Counted from the stretch's first letter, positions 38,300 through 47,857 are shown. The stretch: DNA of 64,000 bases from an uncultured delta proteobacterium (GCA_963739295.1 CAVTZS010000015.1:13574-77573); one strand, 5' to 3'. The notes: generated by a model not told the origin, from the letters alone. Numbers and translations are program-made.

Positions 38300-39856
38300 T
38301 CAGCCCGTGGAGGCGCGGCTAGTTTTCTCCCGCAGTTCCATGACCGCAAAGTGGCGGGATTCCTTTACCGTTTGGTAGTATCCCTGAAGCCCATGGAAAA
38401 TTGCCCTGCCATCAACTCCCGGGTCACGCCTGAGAGATTGAGGGATGAAAGGCACAAACCAGGCTTCGAGATCAGGACCGTACCAGGTGATCACCAGCCA
38501 GCGGGCCCCTTTGGCCTTGGCCGCTTCTACCTGGGAGACGATATCCTGAAGGTTGGCCGAAGTTATCTCGGCATTCCAACCCTGGCGCTGGGACAGATAA
38601 AACATGGACGGGTCCATACTTTCGCCGATATTATTGCGGTCATGCAGACTTATGGAGAAAATGAGATCATCGGGGCGGCTGGCCTGCTTCACCGCTTCGG
38701 CTGCGGCCCACATAACCCGGTCATGCCTTAAGACATAAAGGCTGGTAATGATACAGCCTGAGGCGAAGAGCACAATGAGGCTATAGAACAGAATCGCTCG
38801 CCCCTTCTCCCATCTCCTTCTTATGGTTAAGAACCCCCTGGCCATGAAAAAAGCAAAAATGGGAACCGTTACATATAAGTAGTAATATTGATCGCTGACG
38901 GTGGGGACGGTCACGAAGTACAGGGGGATGCCGGCGAGGAGCAAACCTTCCTGCCCTGTCAGCCGCCCAAGGCCCACAATAAAGAACAGCACTCCGATTC
39001 CACTGCAAACGATTGCCCCAATAGTGTAAATGGGTTTGATGTAGTACCGCAGCGTCAGAAATCGGCTCATATCGCCGAGGAGAAATATGTCGAAAGGGGT
39101 TTCTAATTCGGGATGAGTCAACTGCCCTCGAAAAAGATACCAGGCCACAAAGGGAACCAGAAAGAGGCAGGTGGCGGCCACCACCTCCTTGATCTGGGGC
39201 ATCCGCCAACGCCCATCTTTGATAAGGCAAGCAGCGATCATGATGGGGAGATAAGGCACAATGATGGGAAACTTTGCCAGTCCTGCCACCAACAGGCTGA
39301 GACAAAAAAAGACAAAATGTTTCCCTGAAGCTTGGTCCCGCCATTCGGCAAGGCAGAAAAGGGCGAGCATCTGGAACATCAAACCGAAGGCGTCAGGTTG
39401 CACCGCGGTTCGCATGAGCAAACCTACCGGGCAACATATGAAAAACAGGGCGGTGGCGGTCGCTAAAGGATCACCGTAATATTTTTTTACTAAGGCAAAA
39501 AGAAGCCCCAAGGTGACGAGGGAGGCAATGAGGCTGATCAATTTGCTCCAAAACACAGTCTTCTGAAAGGCCAGAAAGAGTACCCCGGTGACAAAATTAT
39601 AAAAAGGGAATTCCAAGACCAGCGTTGGTTTGTCATAACCATGGACATTGAGGTAAAGGCCTTTCAAGGAAAAACCTTCCCGGGCGAAGTTCTCCGAGAG
39701 CATTGCCGTTTGTGTCTGTCGTGCGATGGTGGGGGTGATGGGAGGAGAAAAGAGGTCATATAAGGAAACCACAATAAGAAGTCCCATCAGCAAAAGAAGA
39801 AGTTCTCGGGACGAGGTACCAAAAAAACTGGTCAAATAGTGGTTGGTTTTAATCAT
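38300..39856 (-). CDS. GT-C-fold glycosyltransferase-like membrane protein (ArnT/PMT_2-like) with C-terminal soluble domain
   Basis: 518 aa with about 11 hydrophobic segments, followed by a ~130-aa hydrophilic C-terminus. The family call rests on topology and a weak N-terminal loop resemblance. Confidence 0.5.
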   Translation of the reverse strand: MIKTNHYLTSFFGTSSRELLLLLMGLLIVVSLYDLFSPPITPTIARQTQTAMLSENFAREGFSLKGLYLNVHGYDKPTLVLEFPFYNFVTGVLFLAFQKTVFWSKLISLIASLVTLGLLFALVKKYYGDPLATATALFFICCPVGLLMRTAVQPDAFGLMFQMLALFCLAEWRDQASGKHFVFFCLSLLVAGLAKFPIIVPYLPIMIAACLIKDGRWRMPQIKEVVAATCLFLVPFVAWYLFRGQLTHPELETPFDIFLLGDMSRFLTLRYYIKPIYTIGAIVCSGIGVLFFIVGLGRLTGQEGLLLAGIPLYFVTVPTVSDQYYYLYVTVPIFAFFMARGFLTIRRRWEKGRAILFYSLIVLFASGCIITSLYVLRHDRVMWAAAEAVKQASRPDDLIFSISLHDRNNIGESMDPSMFYLSQRQGWNAEITSANLQDIVSQVEAAKAKGARWLVITWYGPDLEAWFVPFIPQSLRRDPGVDGRAIFHGLQGYYQTVKESRHFAVMELREKTSRASTG

Positions 39857-40019
39857 AAGGCCATTTCTAGGCGTATGAAGAGGAAGATGTTCACATTATC
39901 CTTAGGCAACGTCGATTTCTTCCGACCTACGCTATTGGTGAGTGTGGCGGTAAGTAAAGGCTAAGGGCATTTCACTTACGTTTCAAAGTGGGATAAAAAC
40001 TCGATAACACTATCAGGTA

Positions 40020-40640
40020 CTAAGTCTTAAAAAAGCCGAATTTTTTCATCAAAAGTGGTCCAAAAGAGGGGGCAGCTTCATAAGGATAATCACAGTATTT
40101 GCATATTGGTATCATTTTTCTGTTGCCCGCAGATAACTTTCGCCGATATTCGATAAATCTTTGATTGTTCCATATTTCTAATAAACTGTTGTCATGAACA
40201 TTGCCCATGACATATTCCCCATAAAAATCCTGACAGCACAACAGAACGTCACCCTTCCAATTTATTACCATGTCACGGGAAGGTCTGAGGCAAGGAATTC
40301 CTAATGTTACCCCCCTTTTAAATATTTTTCCTGCTCTATCGATTTTCTGAATATCTCTACCTTTGATGACCTTGATGTTAATTGGATATTTTTTTTCAAG
40401 TAAAGTAAGTTCTGGTTTTTCAATATTATCATGGTTGGTTACATCAAAAAAGTCCACTCCTTTATTAATTAACTCTATAAACAAATCCTCTTTAAGCATG
40501 TCACCATTTGTGTAAATAACAACAAAACAATTGGGGATATATCTTTTTCATTGGTTCACTATTGCCAATTTTAAAAAAATGAGCACTGCATAGTTTTCTT
40601 CATTAATTCATTCATATTCCCGAAGAAATCATTCTTTGAG
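40020..40640 (-). pseudogene. radical SAM / SPASM-like enzyme remnant
   Basis: 40020..40499 encodes the C-terminal half (CLRPSRDMVINWKGDVLLCCQDFYG, IPICKYCDY). In-frame upstream reads ...YIPNCFVVIYTNGDMLKED after a stop. No intact CxxxCxxC segment remains. Confidence 0.55.
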
Positions 40641-40783
40641 AAGCATCCTACCCGGGATTATGCGGCAGAAATGCCTTTGGGGGCCCCTTTTACCGAGTTT
40701 CACCCCGACAAGGTTCCTCTTCTTGTCGCCAAATTGTCTGGTCAGGGGCATGAAAGAACTAATTCCGAGAGGGAATAACTGAT

Positions 40784-41122
40784 TCATAATCCGTTGCTCC
40801 GGACCACCGGGCGAGGGTCATCAACTATTGCAGGACCGGGGAGCGGATGGAGGTTTATGGATTTATCGGAGCCTTTATCTTTATCCCCCCAAAACAGTAA
40901 CCCTGAGGTTTGACTTGCCGCCCGAATCAGGACCACCAAAAAGACAAGGTATCCAAAGAAGCAATAGAAAGGCATACCGTACTTCCGCGAGAGGGGGCAT
41001 TGAATCAGGCCACTAGGGTGGCTCAGGCCGGCGCCTTTCTTTATCCAAAAGCGCACAACCTCATCAGTTTTACCCAGATTTTCATAAGGAAGGTTGGAAA
41101 TAAGGTTGGAAATTATAAACAT
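40784..41122 (-). CDS. hypothetical protein
   Basis: 112-aa ORF next to tRNA-His with no recognisable motif. It may be non-coding. Confidence 0.2.
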   Translation of the reverse strand: MFIISNLISNLPYENLGKTDEVVRFWIKKGAGLSHPSGLIQCPLSRKYGMPFYCFFGYLVFLVVLIRAASQTSGLLFWGDKDKGSDKSINLHPLPGPAIVDDPRPVVRSNGL

Positions 41123-41169
41123 GAATTAAGCAGGGGTTGCGGGATTAGCCGTAACCCCTTGATTTTCTT

Positions 41170-41246
41170 TGGGGTGAGCGACGGGACTTGAACCCGCGAC
41201 CGCCGGGGCCACAACCCGGTGCTCTGCCACCTGAGCTACGCCCACC
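41170..41246 (-). tRNA. tRNA-His (anticodon GTG) with encoded G-1 and CCA
   Basis: Hand-folded cloverleaf: G(-1), acceptor GTGGGCG/CGCTCAC, D arm GCTC-AGGTGGCA-GAGC, anticodon arm CCGGG-TTGTGGC-CCCGG, variable CGGTC, T arm GCGGG-TTCAAGT-CCCGT, discriminator C, CCA. Confidence 0.9.
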
Positions 41247-41417
41247 ATCTAAGGTTTAATTAACACATAATTCCTCCCCTGGCAAGGCCGTGGAATCACC
41301 AGACGATCAGGGGGTCATGGCCCAGAGCCTGCAAATAATGACCCTGGGCAAGCATCTGCCCTTTACAAGCGCGGCATTTGGTCATAGCATTGAAATTAGC
41401 GGGGGTAGGGAGAGAAC

Positions 41418-42431
41418 ATGCATAAGGCCAGATTTTGGGAAAGCTTAGAAGACCAGAAGGTGCAGTGCCATCTGTGCGCCCACGAATGCCAGATCAACTC
41501 GGGCAAAAGGGGCCTCTGCCATACCCGGGAAAACCAAGAGGGCACCCTTTACTCCCTGAATTACGGCAGAGTCATCGCCGAGCACATCGACCCCATCGAG
41601 AAAAAGCCGCTGTTCCATTTCCTGCCCGGCACCCGCTCTTATTCCATCGCCACCGTGGGCTGCAACTTCATGTGCCTCCATTGCCAGAACTATGATATTT
41701 CCCAGTATCCCCGCGTCCATGAGGGCAGGATCGCCGGCGTGGAGCGGGAGCCGGAGGCCATTGTGGCCTACGCCCTGGCCAGCCATTCGGCCAGCATTTC
41801 CTACACTTACACCGAGCCCACGATCTTCCTGGAGTACGCTCAGGACACCGGCCGTCTGGCCCGGGAGCATGGCCTGCGCAACGTCTTCGTGTCCAATGGC
41901 TACATGACGGAGCAATCCGCCACGGCCCTGGCAGAATTTATTGATGCCGACAACGTGGATTTAAAAAGCATAAAGGATGATTTTTACCGGAAGGTATGCA
42001 AGGCCAAGCTCCAGCCGGTGCTGGATACCATCATCAGGTTGAAGCAGTTGGGGGTCTGGCTGGAGGTGACCACCTTGGTCATTCCCGGGCATAACGATTC
42101 CACTTCGGAACTTACCAAAATCGCCCAGTTCATCAGACAGCTGGGGCCAGGCACCCCCTGGCATGTCACCGCGTTTCACCCCACCTTTAAGATGATGGAC
42201 CGCGCCCCCACGCCCGCGGCCACCCTGCGCAAGGCCCGCCAGATCGGGCTGGAGGAGGGGTTGCGCTATGTCTATATCGGCAATATCCCAGGAGAGGGCG
42301 GAGAGAATACTTACTGTTATAGCTGCCGGGAGCTGCTCATCGAGCGCCTGGGCTACACCATCCGGGTCTACCGGCTAAAAGACGGCCGCTGTCCCCAGTG
42401 TAAGACCCTCATTGACGGGGTGTGGAAATAG
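41418..42431 (+). CDS. AmmeMemoRadiSam system radical SAM enzyme
   Basis: VQCHLCAHECQI, DPIEKKPLFHF, GCNFMCLHCQNYDISQ (CxxxCxxC), C-terminal CPQC. Confidence 0.85.
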   Translation: MHKARFWESLEDQKVQCHLCAHECQINSGKRGLCHTRENQEGTLYSLNYGRVIAEHIDPIEKKPLFHFLPGTRSYSIATVGCNFMCLHCQNYDISQYPRVHEGRIAGVEREPEAIVAYALASHSASISYTYTEPTIFLEYAQDTGRLAREHGLRNVFVSNGYMTEQSATALAEFIDADNVDLKSIKDDFYRKVCKAKLQPVLDTIIRLKQLGVWLEVTTLVIPGHNDSTSELTKIAQFIRQLGPGTPWHVTAFHPTFKMMDRAPTPAATLRKARQIGLEEGLRYVYIGNIPGEGGENTYCYSCRELLIERLGYTIRVYRLKDGRCPQCKTLIDGVWK

Positions 42432-42607
42432 GCATAATTGCCCATCCAAGTCCCCCTGGTTTAAAAGGATTTAGCTGAATTTTTTAAGGGAAGGAGGAAG
42501 TTGGCCTGAACTGATTTTTGAGTTTATCCTTAACTCCTAAGCTTCTCCCCCCAGTCAAGGATGGCAGGGAGCTTCCAGAAGTCCCTTAACTAGGAGGTAA
42601 GCCCCCC

Positions 42608-43951
42608 ATGGATGTTCTGATGCTCTCTCGCCTGCAGTTCGCAGTGGCCACTTTCTTCCATTTCCTCTTTGTGCCCCTGACCCTGGGCCTGTCCATTCTC
42701 ATCGCCGTCATGGAGACCATTTACGTCCGGACCGGGGACGAGGATTACCGCCGCATGGCGAAATTCTGGGGCAGGCTGTTCGTCATCAACTTTGCCATTG
42801 GCGTGTTGACCGGCATTACCCTGGAATTTCAATTCGGCACCAACTGGTCCCGGTATTCCCGGTATGTGGGGGACATCTTCGGCTCTCTCCTGGCCATTGA
42901 GGCCACCCTGGCATTTTTCCTGGAATCCACCTTCCTGGCGGTCTGGGTCTTTGGCTGGAACAAGCTCTCCCCCCGGCTCCATGCCCTGTGCATCTGGCTG
43001 GTGGCCTTGGCCTCGAACCTCTCGGCCTTGTGGATCTTGATTGCCAACTCCTGGATGCAGCACCCGGTGGGCTTCACTATCCGCGGGGGCCGGGCCGAAC
43101 TCACGGACTTTCTGGCCGTGGTCACCCAGCCCTTTGCCATCCAGCAATTCTTCCATGTCATCAGCGGGGCTTACATCCTGGCGGGCTTTTTCGTCATGGG
43201 CGTCAGCGCCTATCACCTGCTGCGCCAGCAACACCGCCCCTTTTTCACCAAGTCTTTCCGCCTGGGCCTGATCCTGGCCCTGGTCTTCTCCATCGCCGAG
43301 ATCTTCCAGGGTCATCTCCACGCCGGCGCTGTGGCCCAAATTCAACCCACCAAGCTGGCGGCCATGGAATCCCTCTGGGAGACCAAGGCTGGGGCGCCCA
43401 TGTGGCTGTTCCTCATTCCGGATGAGGAAAACGAGCGGAACCTGGTGGAATTCGGGGCCATTCCCGATGCCCTGAGCATCCTGGCCTTCCATTCTCCCCA
43501 GGCCACGGTTCAGGGGCTCAAGGATTTCCCCAAGGACGAGAGGCCCCCGGTGACCCTGACTTTTTTGGCCTTCAGGCTGATGGTGGGCCTCGGCCTGCTC
43601 TTTGTCCTGCTCTCGGTAATCGCCTGGTTTAAGCGAAATCAGCTGGAGTCCAGCCCCCGCTTCCTGAAGGTGCTGCTCTATGCCATCCCGCTGCCCTATG
43701 TGGCCTTGCAGGCGGGCTGGCTCGTCACCGAGGTGGGCCGGCAGCCCTGGATCGTCTATGGGCTGATGAAGACCCAGCAGGCCGTGTCCCCCATTGCCGC
43801 CTCCCAGGTCGGGGCCACGTTGGCGGCCTTTATCGTGGTTTACCTGGCCCTGGGAATTATCGCCTTCTACCTCATCCGTAAATATGCCGTGCTCGGGCCT
43901 GAACCGGAAGGGGTGCTGACGAAATCAGGGGAGGAGCTGAGTCATGCTTGA
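42608..43951 (+). CDS. cydA: cytochrome bd-type quinol oxidase subunit I
   Basis: LSRLQFAVATFFHFLFVPLTLGL, WMQHPVG, GWLVTEVGRQPW. Confidence 0.9.
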   Translation: MDVLMLSRLQFAVATFFHFLFVPLTLGLSILIAVMETIYVRTGDEDYRRMAKFWGRLFVINFAIGVLTGITLEFQFGTNWSRYSRYVGDIFGSLLAIEATLAFFLESTFLAVWVFGWNKLSPRLHALCIWLVALASNLSALWILIANSWMQHPVGFTIRGGRAELTDFLAVVTQPFAIQQFFHVISGAYILAGFFVMGVSAYHLLRQQHRPFFTKSFRLGLILALVFSIAEIFQGHLHAGAVAQIQPTKLAAMESLWETKAGAPMWLFLIPDEENERNLVEFGAIPDALSILAFHSPQATVQGLKDFPKDERPPVTLTFLAFRLMVGLGLLFVLLSVIAWFKRNQLESSPRFLKVLLYAIPLPYVALQAGWLVTEVGRQPWIVYGLMKTQQAVSPIAASQVGATLAAFIVVYLALGIIAFYLIRKYAVLGPEPEGVLTKSGEELSHA

Positions 43952-44969
43952 GAGCGTGTGGTTTATCCTGTGGGGCGTCCTGTGGGCGGTTTACTTCATG
44001 CTGGACGGGTTTGATCTGGGACTGGGGACCCTGATGCCGGTGCTGGCCCAGAACCACACGGAGCGGCGTCTCATCTACCAGGTCATGGGTCCCTTTTGGG
44101 ATGGCAACGAGGTCTGGCTCATCACCGCCGGGGGAGTGACCTTTGCCGCCTTCCCCACCACCTACGCGGTGATGTTCAGCGGCTTGTATTCGGCCTTAAT
44201 GCTCATTCTGTTCGCCCTGATCCTTAGGGGTGTGGCCTTTGCCTTCCGGGGGGCGGTGGATAACCCCCGCTGGAAGTGCCTTTGGGATGCTTGCCTGGTC
44301 ATCGGCAGCTTCCTGCCGGCGCTGCTCTTTGGGGTGGCCTTTGCCAATATTTTCCAGGGCATTCCCATTGATGCCCAAGGGATTTATCACGGCAACCTCT
44401 TAACCCTCTTAAATCCTTACGGAACTGCTGGTGGGGTACTTTTTGTTTTGCTGTTTCTGGTTCATGGCTCCTTGTGGCTGGCGGTTAAATCCCAAGGAGA
44501 GCTGCACCGCCGCGCCGCGGCCATGGCCCGGAGGCTCTGGCCCCTGCTCCTCGTCATGGCTGTGGTGTTCCTGTTGGCCACCCGGCGCCTGACCCATCTT
44601 TACGATAATTACCTGAAATATCCGGTGCTTTTTATTATTCCGGTCATCACGGTGGTGGCCCTGATCCTGACCCGGGCGTTCATGCGGAAGGCTGCCTGGT
44701 GGAAAGCCTGGTTTGCCTCTTGCGCCACCATTGCCACCGCCGTCCTGTTTGGGGTGGTGGGTCTTTACCCGAATCTCTTGCCGTCCAGTCTGGATCCGGC
44801 CGATAGCCTGACCGTGTTCAACTCGGCCTCAAGTCCCTTGACTTTGAAGATCATGCTCATCGTGGCCCTGATCTTTGTGCCCCTGGTCATTGCCTACCAG
44901 GTGTGGGTGCACTATCTCTTCCGGGAAAAGGTGAAGGAAGAGGATTTAGCCCACGGCGAGGGATATTAA
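43944..44969 (+). CDS. cydB: cytochrome bd-type quinol oxidase subunit II
   Basis: VWFILWGVLWAVYFMLDGFDLGLG, WDGNEVWLI. Overlaps cydA by 8 nt. Confidence 0.9.
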   Translation: MLESVWFILWGVLWAVYFMLDGFDLGLGTLMPVLAQNHTERRLIYQVMGPFWDGNEVWLITAGGVTFAAFPTTYAVMFSGLYSALMLILFALILRGVAFAFRGAVDNPRWKCLWDACLVIGSFLPALLFGVAFANIFQGIPIDAQGIYHGNLLTLLNPYGTAGGVLFVLLFLVHGSLWLAVKSQGELHRRAAAMARRLWPLLLVMAVVFLLATRRLTHLYDNYLKYPVLFIIPVITVVALILTRAFMRKAAWWKAWFASCATIATAVLFGVVGLYPNLLPSSLDPADSLTVFNSASSPLTLKIMLIVALIFVPLVIAYQVWVHYLFREKVKEEDLAHGEGY

Positions 44970-44976
44970 AAGAAAG

Positions 44977-45004
44977 TTTTCGGTTTTCGGTTTTCGGTTT
45001 TCTG
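44977..45004. repeat. heptamer tandem array TTTTCGG x3 plus TTTTCTG
   Basis: Starts 8 nt after the cydB stop. Confidence 0.8.
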
Positions 45005-45045
45005 TGGGTTAGGATCAGTCTCCCTTCAGGCCTGAGCGTACTCAT

Positions 45046-45080
45046 CCTCCCCCTTGATGGGGGAGGGTAGGGTGGGGGTG
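45046..45080. repeat. mini hairpin related to the intergenic repeat (possible bidirectional terminator between cydB and cobO)
   Basis: CCTCCCCCttgatGGGGGAGG followed by GTAGGGTGGGGGTGA. Confidence 0.5.
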
Positions 45081-45101
45081 AAATAGACTTTTAGCTCCTG
45101 G

Positions 45102-45638
45102 CTACCATTCAATACCCCGGCGGGCCGGGATTCCGGCGTGGTAGTAATGCTTGAGGGGCCGCATTTCGGTGACCAGATCGGCCAGGGCCACCAGCTCTGG
45201 CGGGGCCTGGCGCCCGGTAAGGACCACCTCCACCCACGGGGGCCTCTCCCTAAGGAGAGCCAGGGCTTCTTCCAGGGGGATGAGCCGGTGAGTCAAGGCC
45301 AGGTTGATTTCGTCCAGGATCACCAGGTCATGGTCCCCGGCGGAGATCACCTGTCGGGCCAGGTCCCAGGCCTCCCGGACCAGGGCCAGGTCCTCGGGAG
45401 CCGGAGATCTGAGATTGATCAGTCCAGGGCGCCCAAAGGTGCGCACGGTGAAATCCGGCGCCAGACGGGCCGCGGCCCTGGCTTCCCCCGTCTCCCGGCC
45501 TTTTATGAACTGCACCATAAAGACCTTTAGCCCCTGACCCACGGCTCGCAGGGCCAGGCCAAAGGCGCAGGTGGTCTTGCCCTTGCCATCCCCGGTGTAA
45601 ACCTGAATCAGTCCTTGGGGCAATCGTTCTTTTGCCAT
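45102..45638 (-). CDS. cobO: cob(I)yrinic acid a,c-diamide adenosyltransferase
   Basis: IQVYTGDGKGKTTCAFGLALRAVGQGLKVFMVQFIKG, ILDEINLA. Confidence 0.85.
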   Translation of the reverse strand: MAKERLPQGLIQVYTGDGKGKTTCAFGLALRAVGQGLKVFMVQFIKGRETGEARAAARLAPDFTVRTFGRPGLINLRSPAPEDLALVREAWDLARQVISAGDHDLVILDEINLALTHRLIPLEEALALLRERPPWVEVVLTGRQAPPELVALADLVTEMRPLKHYYHAGIPARRGIEW

Positions 45639-45688
45639 GGCATGGTTTTTCCTTTATAGCCGGTCAGGGCCAGCGTTGCAGGCGGTTC

Positions 45689-45875
45689 GTGGGGGGAGGG
45701 CCAGGGACCTGAGGTCCCTGCCCTCCCCCCACACCCCCCTCCCAACCCGCAGAAGGGGCTGGAAAGGCGGGGCCTATGGCCCCGACTTTCCAGCTATTTT
45801 CTGACCCTGTAGGGGGTTGGGGGAGGGAGTTTGAGGGAGGGGGCAGGGGCCCACCGGCCCCTGGCCCCCTCCCTC
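45689..45875 (+). repeat. composite intergenic repeat, full-length copy, forward
   Basis: hp2 tip is GCTGGAAAGGCGGGGCCtatGGCCCCGACTTTCCAGC. Confidence 0.9.
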
Positions 45876-45877
45876 AA

Positions 45878-47017
45878 TCACTTCTTCAGCAACTCCCGGG
45901 CGATCACTAGGCGCATGATTTCGTTGGTGCCTTCGTAGATGGGGCCGGCCTTGGCGTCCCGGAGGTACCGTTCCATGGGGTAATCTTTGAGGTAGCCGTA
46001 GCCCCCCAGGATCTGCACCCCTTCCAGGGCGGCGGCCATGGCACAGTCGGTGGCGAATCTTTTGGCCATGGCCGCGGCCACGCCGTAAGGCTGGTTCTGG
46101 TCTTTGAGCCAGGCGGCCTTCATAACCAGCAGGGCCGAGGCTTCCAGATCGGTGGCCATGTCCGCCAGCTTCCACTGGGTGGCCTGGAACTGGGCGATGG
46201 GCTGGCCGAACTGTTCCCGGCGGCGTCCGTAAGAGAGGGCCTCGGCCAGCACCGCCCTGCCCAAGCCCACGGCAATGGCCGCCGAGCCCACCCGGGCCGC
46301 ATCCAGGGCGGCTAACGCCACCCTGAGGCCCTGATTCTCCTTTCCCAGGAGGGCATCGGCGGGCAGGCGGGCCTCCGCAAAATGCAAGGAAACGGAGCCG
46401 GCGCTGCGCAGGCCCAGTTTATCCTCCAGTGGCCCACGGGTGATTTTCGGAGTGGTCAGGTCGACAACGAAGGAGCTGATGCCTTTGGGGGTCCGCTCCG
46501 GGTCGGTAACCGCCGGGACCACCGCATAGCGGGCCACATGACCGGAGGTCACGAAGTTTTTCTGGCCCGTAAGCACCCACTCCGGGCCATCCTGCCGGGC
46601 CACGGTTTGGAGGCGGGCCGCGTCGGAGCCGGCCTCGGGTTCGGTCAGGGCAAAACAGCCGAAGATTTCGCCTTTGGCGATAGGTGGCAGGTAGTTGAGC
46701 TTCTGCGCCTCGGTGCCGAATTGCATCACGGCGGTGCCGAAAATGGAGTGGTTCACATGCAGGATCAGGGCGGAAGAAGGGCAGGCCTGGGCCAGTTCCA
46801 TCTGGGCCAGGACATAGGTGACGTAATCCATGCCCGCGCCGCCGTATTCCTTAGGCAAGGCCAGCCCGAACATACCTTCGTGGGCCCAGGTCTTGAGGAT
46901 TTCCTGGGGAAACCGGGCCTCCCGATCCAGCCGGGCGGCTTCTGCTTTGGCCTCCTGGGCCAGACGCCGGGCCTTTTCCTGAACCGCCTGTTGCTCCGGG
47001 GATAAAGAAAAATCCAT
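45878..47017 (-). CDS. acyl-CoA dehydrogenase
   Basis: 379 aa. ALTEPEAGSD, C-terminal YEGTNEIMRLVIAREL. Confidence 0.85.
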   Translation of the reverse strand: MDFSLSPEQQAVQEKARRLAQEAKAEAARLDREARFPQEILKTWAHEGMFGLALPKEYGGAGMDYVTYVLAQMELAQACPSSALILHVNHSIFGTAVMQFGTEAQKLNYLPPIAKGEIFGCFALTEPEAGSDAARLQTVARQDGPEWVLTGQKNFVTSGHVARYAVVPAVTDPERTPKGISSFVVDLTTPKITRGPLEDKLGLRSAGSVSLHFAEARLPADALLGKENQGLRVALAALDAARVGSAAIAVGLGRAVLAEALSYGRRREQFGQPIAQFQATQWKLADMATDLEASALLVMKAAWLKDQNQPYGVAAAMAKRFATDCAMAAALEGVQILGGYGYLKDYPMERYLRDAKAGPIYEGTNEIMRLVIARELLKK

Positions 47018-47039
47018 GGGATCTACCTCCCATTTTGGG

Positions 47040-47172
47040 GATTGTCCTGCTGAAAGTGGGCAAGGTTAGGGGAGCCGGAGTAAATCGCGCTCTCACTTGC
47101 CCTGCAAACCATCCTAATCATATTCCGGCAACTCGGTCAACGGGAAAGGGCTGGACATCCTTTCCTTTTTCG
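47040..47172 (+). promoter_or_regulatory. structured 5' leader of cobUTS, candidate cobalamin riboswitch/attenuator
   Basis: GGGCAAG...CTTGCCC stem encloses UUAGGGGAGCCGGAGUAAAUCGCGCUC. Later GUCAACGGGAAAGGGC. Resemblance to recalled cobalamin-riboswitch core blocks is only partial, and no clear B12 box was seen. Confidence 0.35.
47142..47170 (+). terminator. terminator-like hairpin inside the cobU leader
   Basis: GGGAAAGG-gctggacat-CCTTTCC followed by TTTTT, 46 nt upstream of the cobU start. There is no upstream plus-strand gene to terminate. Confidence 0.5.
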
Positions 47173-47215
47173 GATAAGTCAAGATATCTTAAGAGTTTGA
47201 CGGAAAAGGGAAGGC

Positions 47216-47761
47216 GTGGAGCGAACCGGGCCGAATTTTCGGGTGGCCCTGATTCTGGGCGGCACCAGGAGCGGCAAAAGCCGCTATGGCCTGTCCCTGG
47301 CGGCCCAGTTTCCCCTGCCCCGGCTCTTTGTGGCCACCGCCGAGGCCGGGGATGCCGAGATGGCGGCCCGCATTGAACAGCACCGCAAAGAGCGGGGGCC
47401 GGATTGGGACACCCGGGAAGCTCCTCTAGCGCTGCCCCAGGCCCTGGCCGAAGCTCAGGACAAGTACGGGGTCATCCTGGTGGACTGCCTCACCCTGTGG
47501 TTGACTAACCTGATGCTCCGGGAAAATGCCCCGGAAGGAGAACTGGAGGCCAACTGCCAGAGCCTGCTCAGGGTGGTGGAGCACGCCACCACGCCCCTAA
47601 TCCTGATCAGCAATGAGGTGGGATGGGGGATCGTGCCGGAGAACCCCCTGGCCCGCCAGTTCCGGGACCGGGCCGGGATGCTCCACCAACGCCTGGCCCA
47701 GGTGGCCGACCTGGTGACCCTAATGGTAGCCGGATTGCCTTTGACCATAAAGGGCGGGTGA
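47216..47761 (+). CDS. cobU: adenosylcobinamide kinase / adenosylcobinamide-phosphate guanylyltransferase
   Basis: LILGGTRSGKSRYG P-loop, ILVDCLTLWLTN, LISNEVGWGIVPENPLARQFRD. GTG start. Confidence 0.85.
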   Translation: MERTGPNFRVALILGGTRSGKSRYGLSLAAQFPLPRLFVATAEAGDAEMAARIEQHRKERGPDWDTREAPLALPQALAEAQDKYGVILVDCLTLWLTNLMLRENAPEGELEANCQSLLRVVEHATTPLILISNEVGWGIVPENPLARQFRDRAGMLHQRLAQVADLVTLMVAGLPLTIKGG

Positions 47762-47766
47762 TGGAT

Positions 47767-47828
47767 TTGGGGGAGGGCAGGTAGGGGCGGTTCGCGAACC
47801 GCCCCTACGTCCCTGGCCCTCCCCCCAC
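47767..47828. repeat. intergenic repeat, solo hairpin with nested perfect palindrome
   Basis: TTGGGGGAGGGCAG-GTAGGGGCGGTTCGCGAACCGCCCCTAC-GTCCCTGGCCCTCCCCCCAC. Confidence 0.85.
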
Positions 47829-47857
47829 AACTATTAAATTTCCTTGAGGTCTTATTC

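Larger units (their letters stand above)
36994..41169. mobile_element. decayed genomic island 3' of tRNA-His (visibly AT-richer, gene remnants)
   Basis: Bounded by the 3' end of tRNA-His and a repeat copy. Contains integrase, qNOR and radical-SAM fragments plus a GT-C-like gene. No att direct repeat was found by eye. Confidence 0.45.

Noticed and set aside
38285-38731. 148-aa plus-strand ORF
   Set aside because: It is antisense to the C-terminal domain of the GT-C-like gene and shows no motif.
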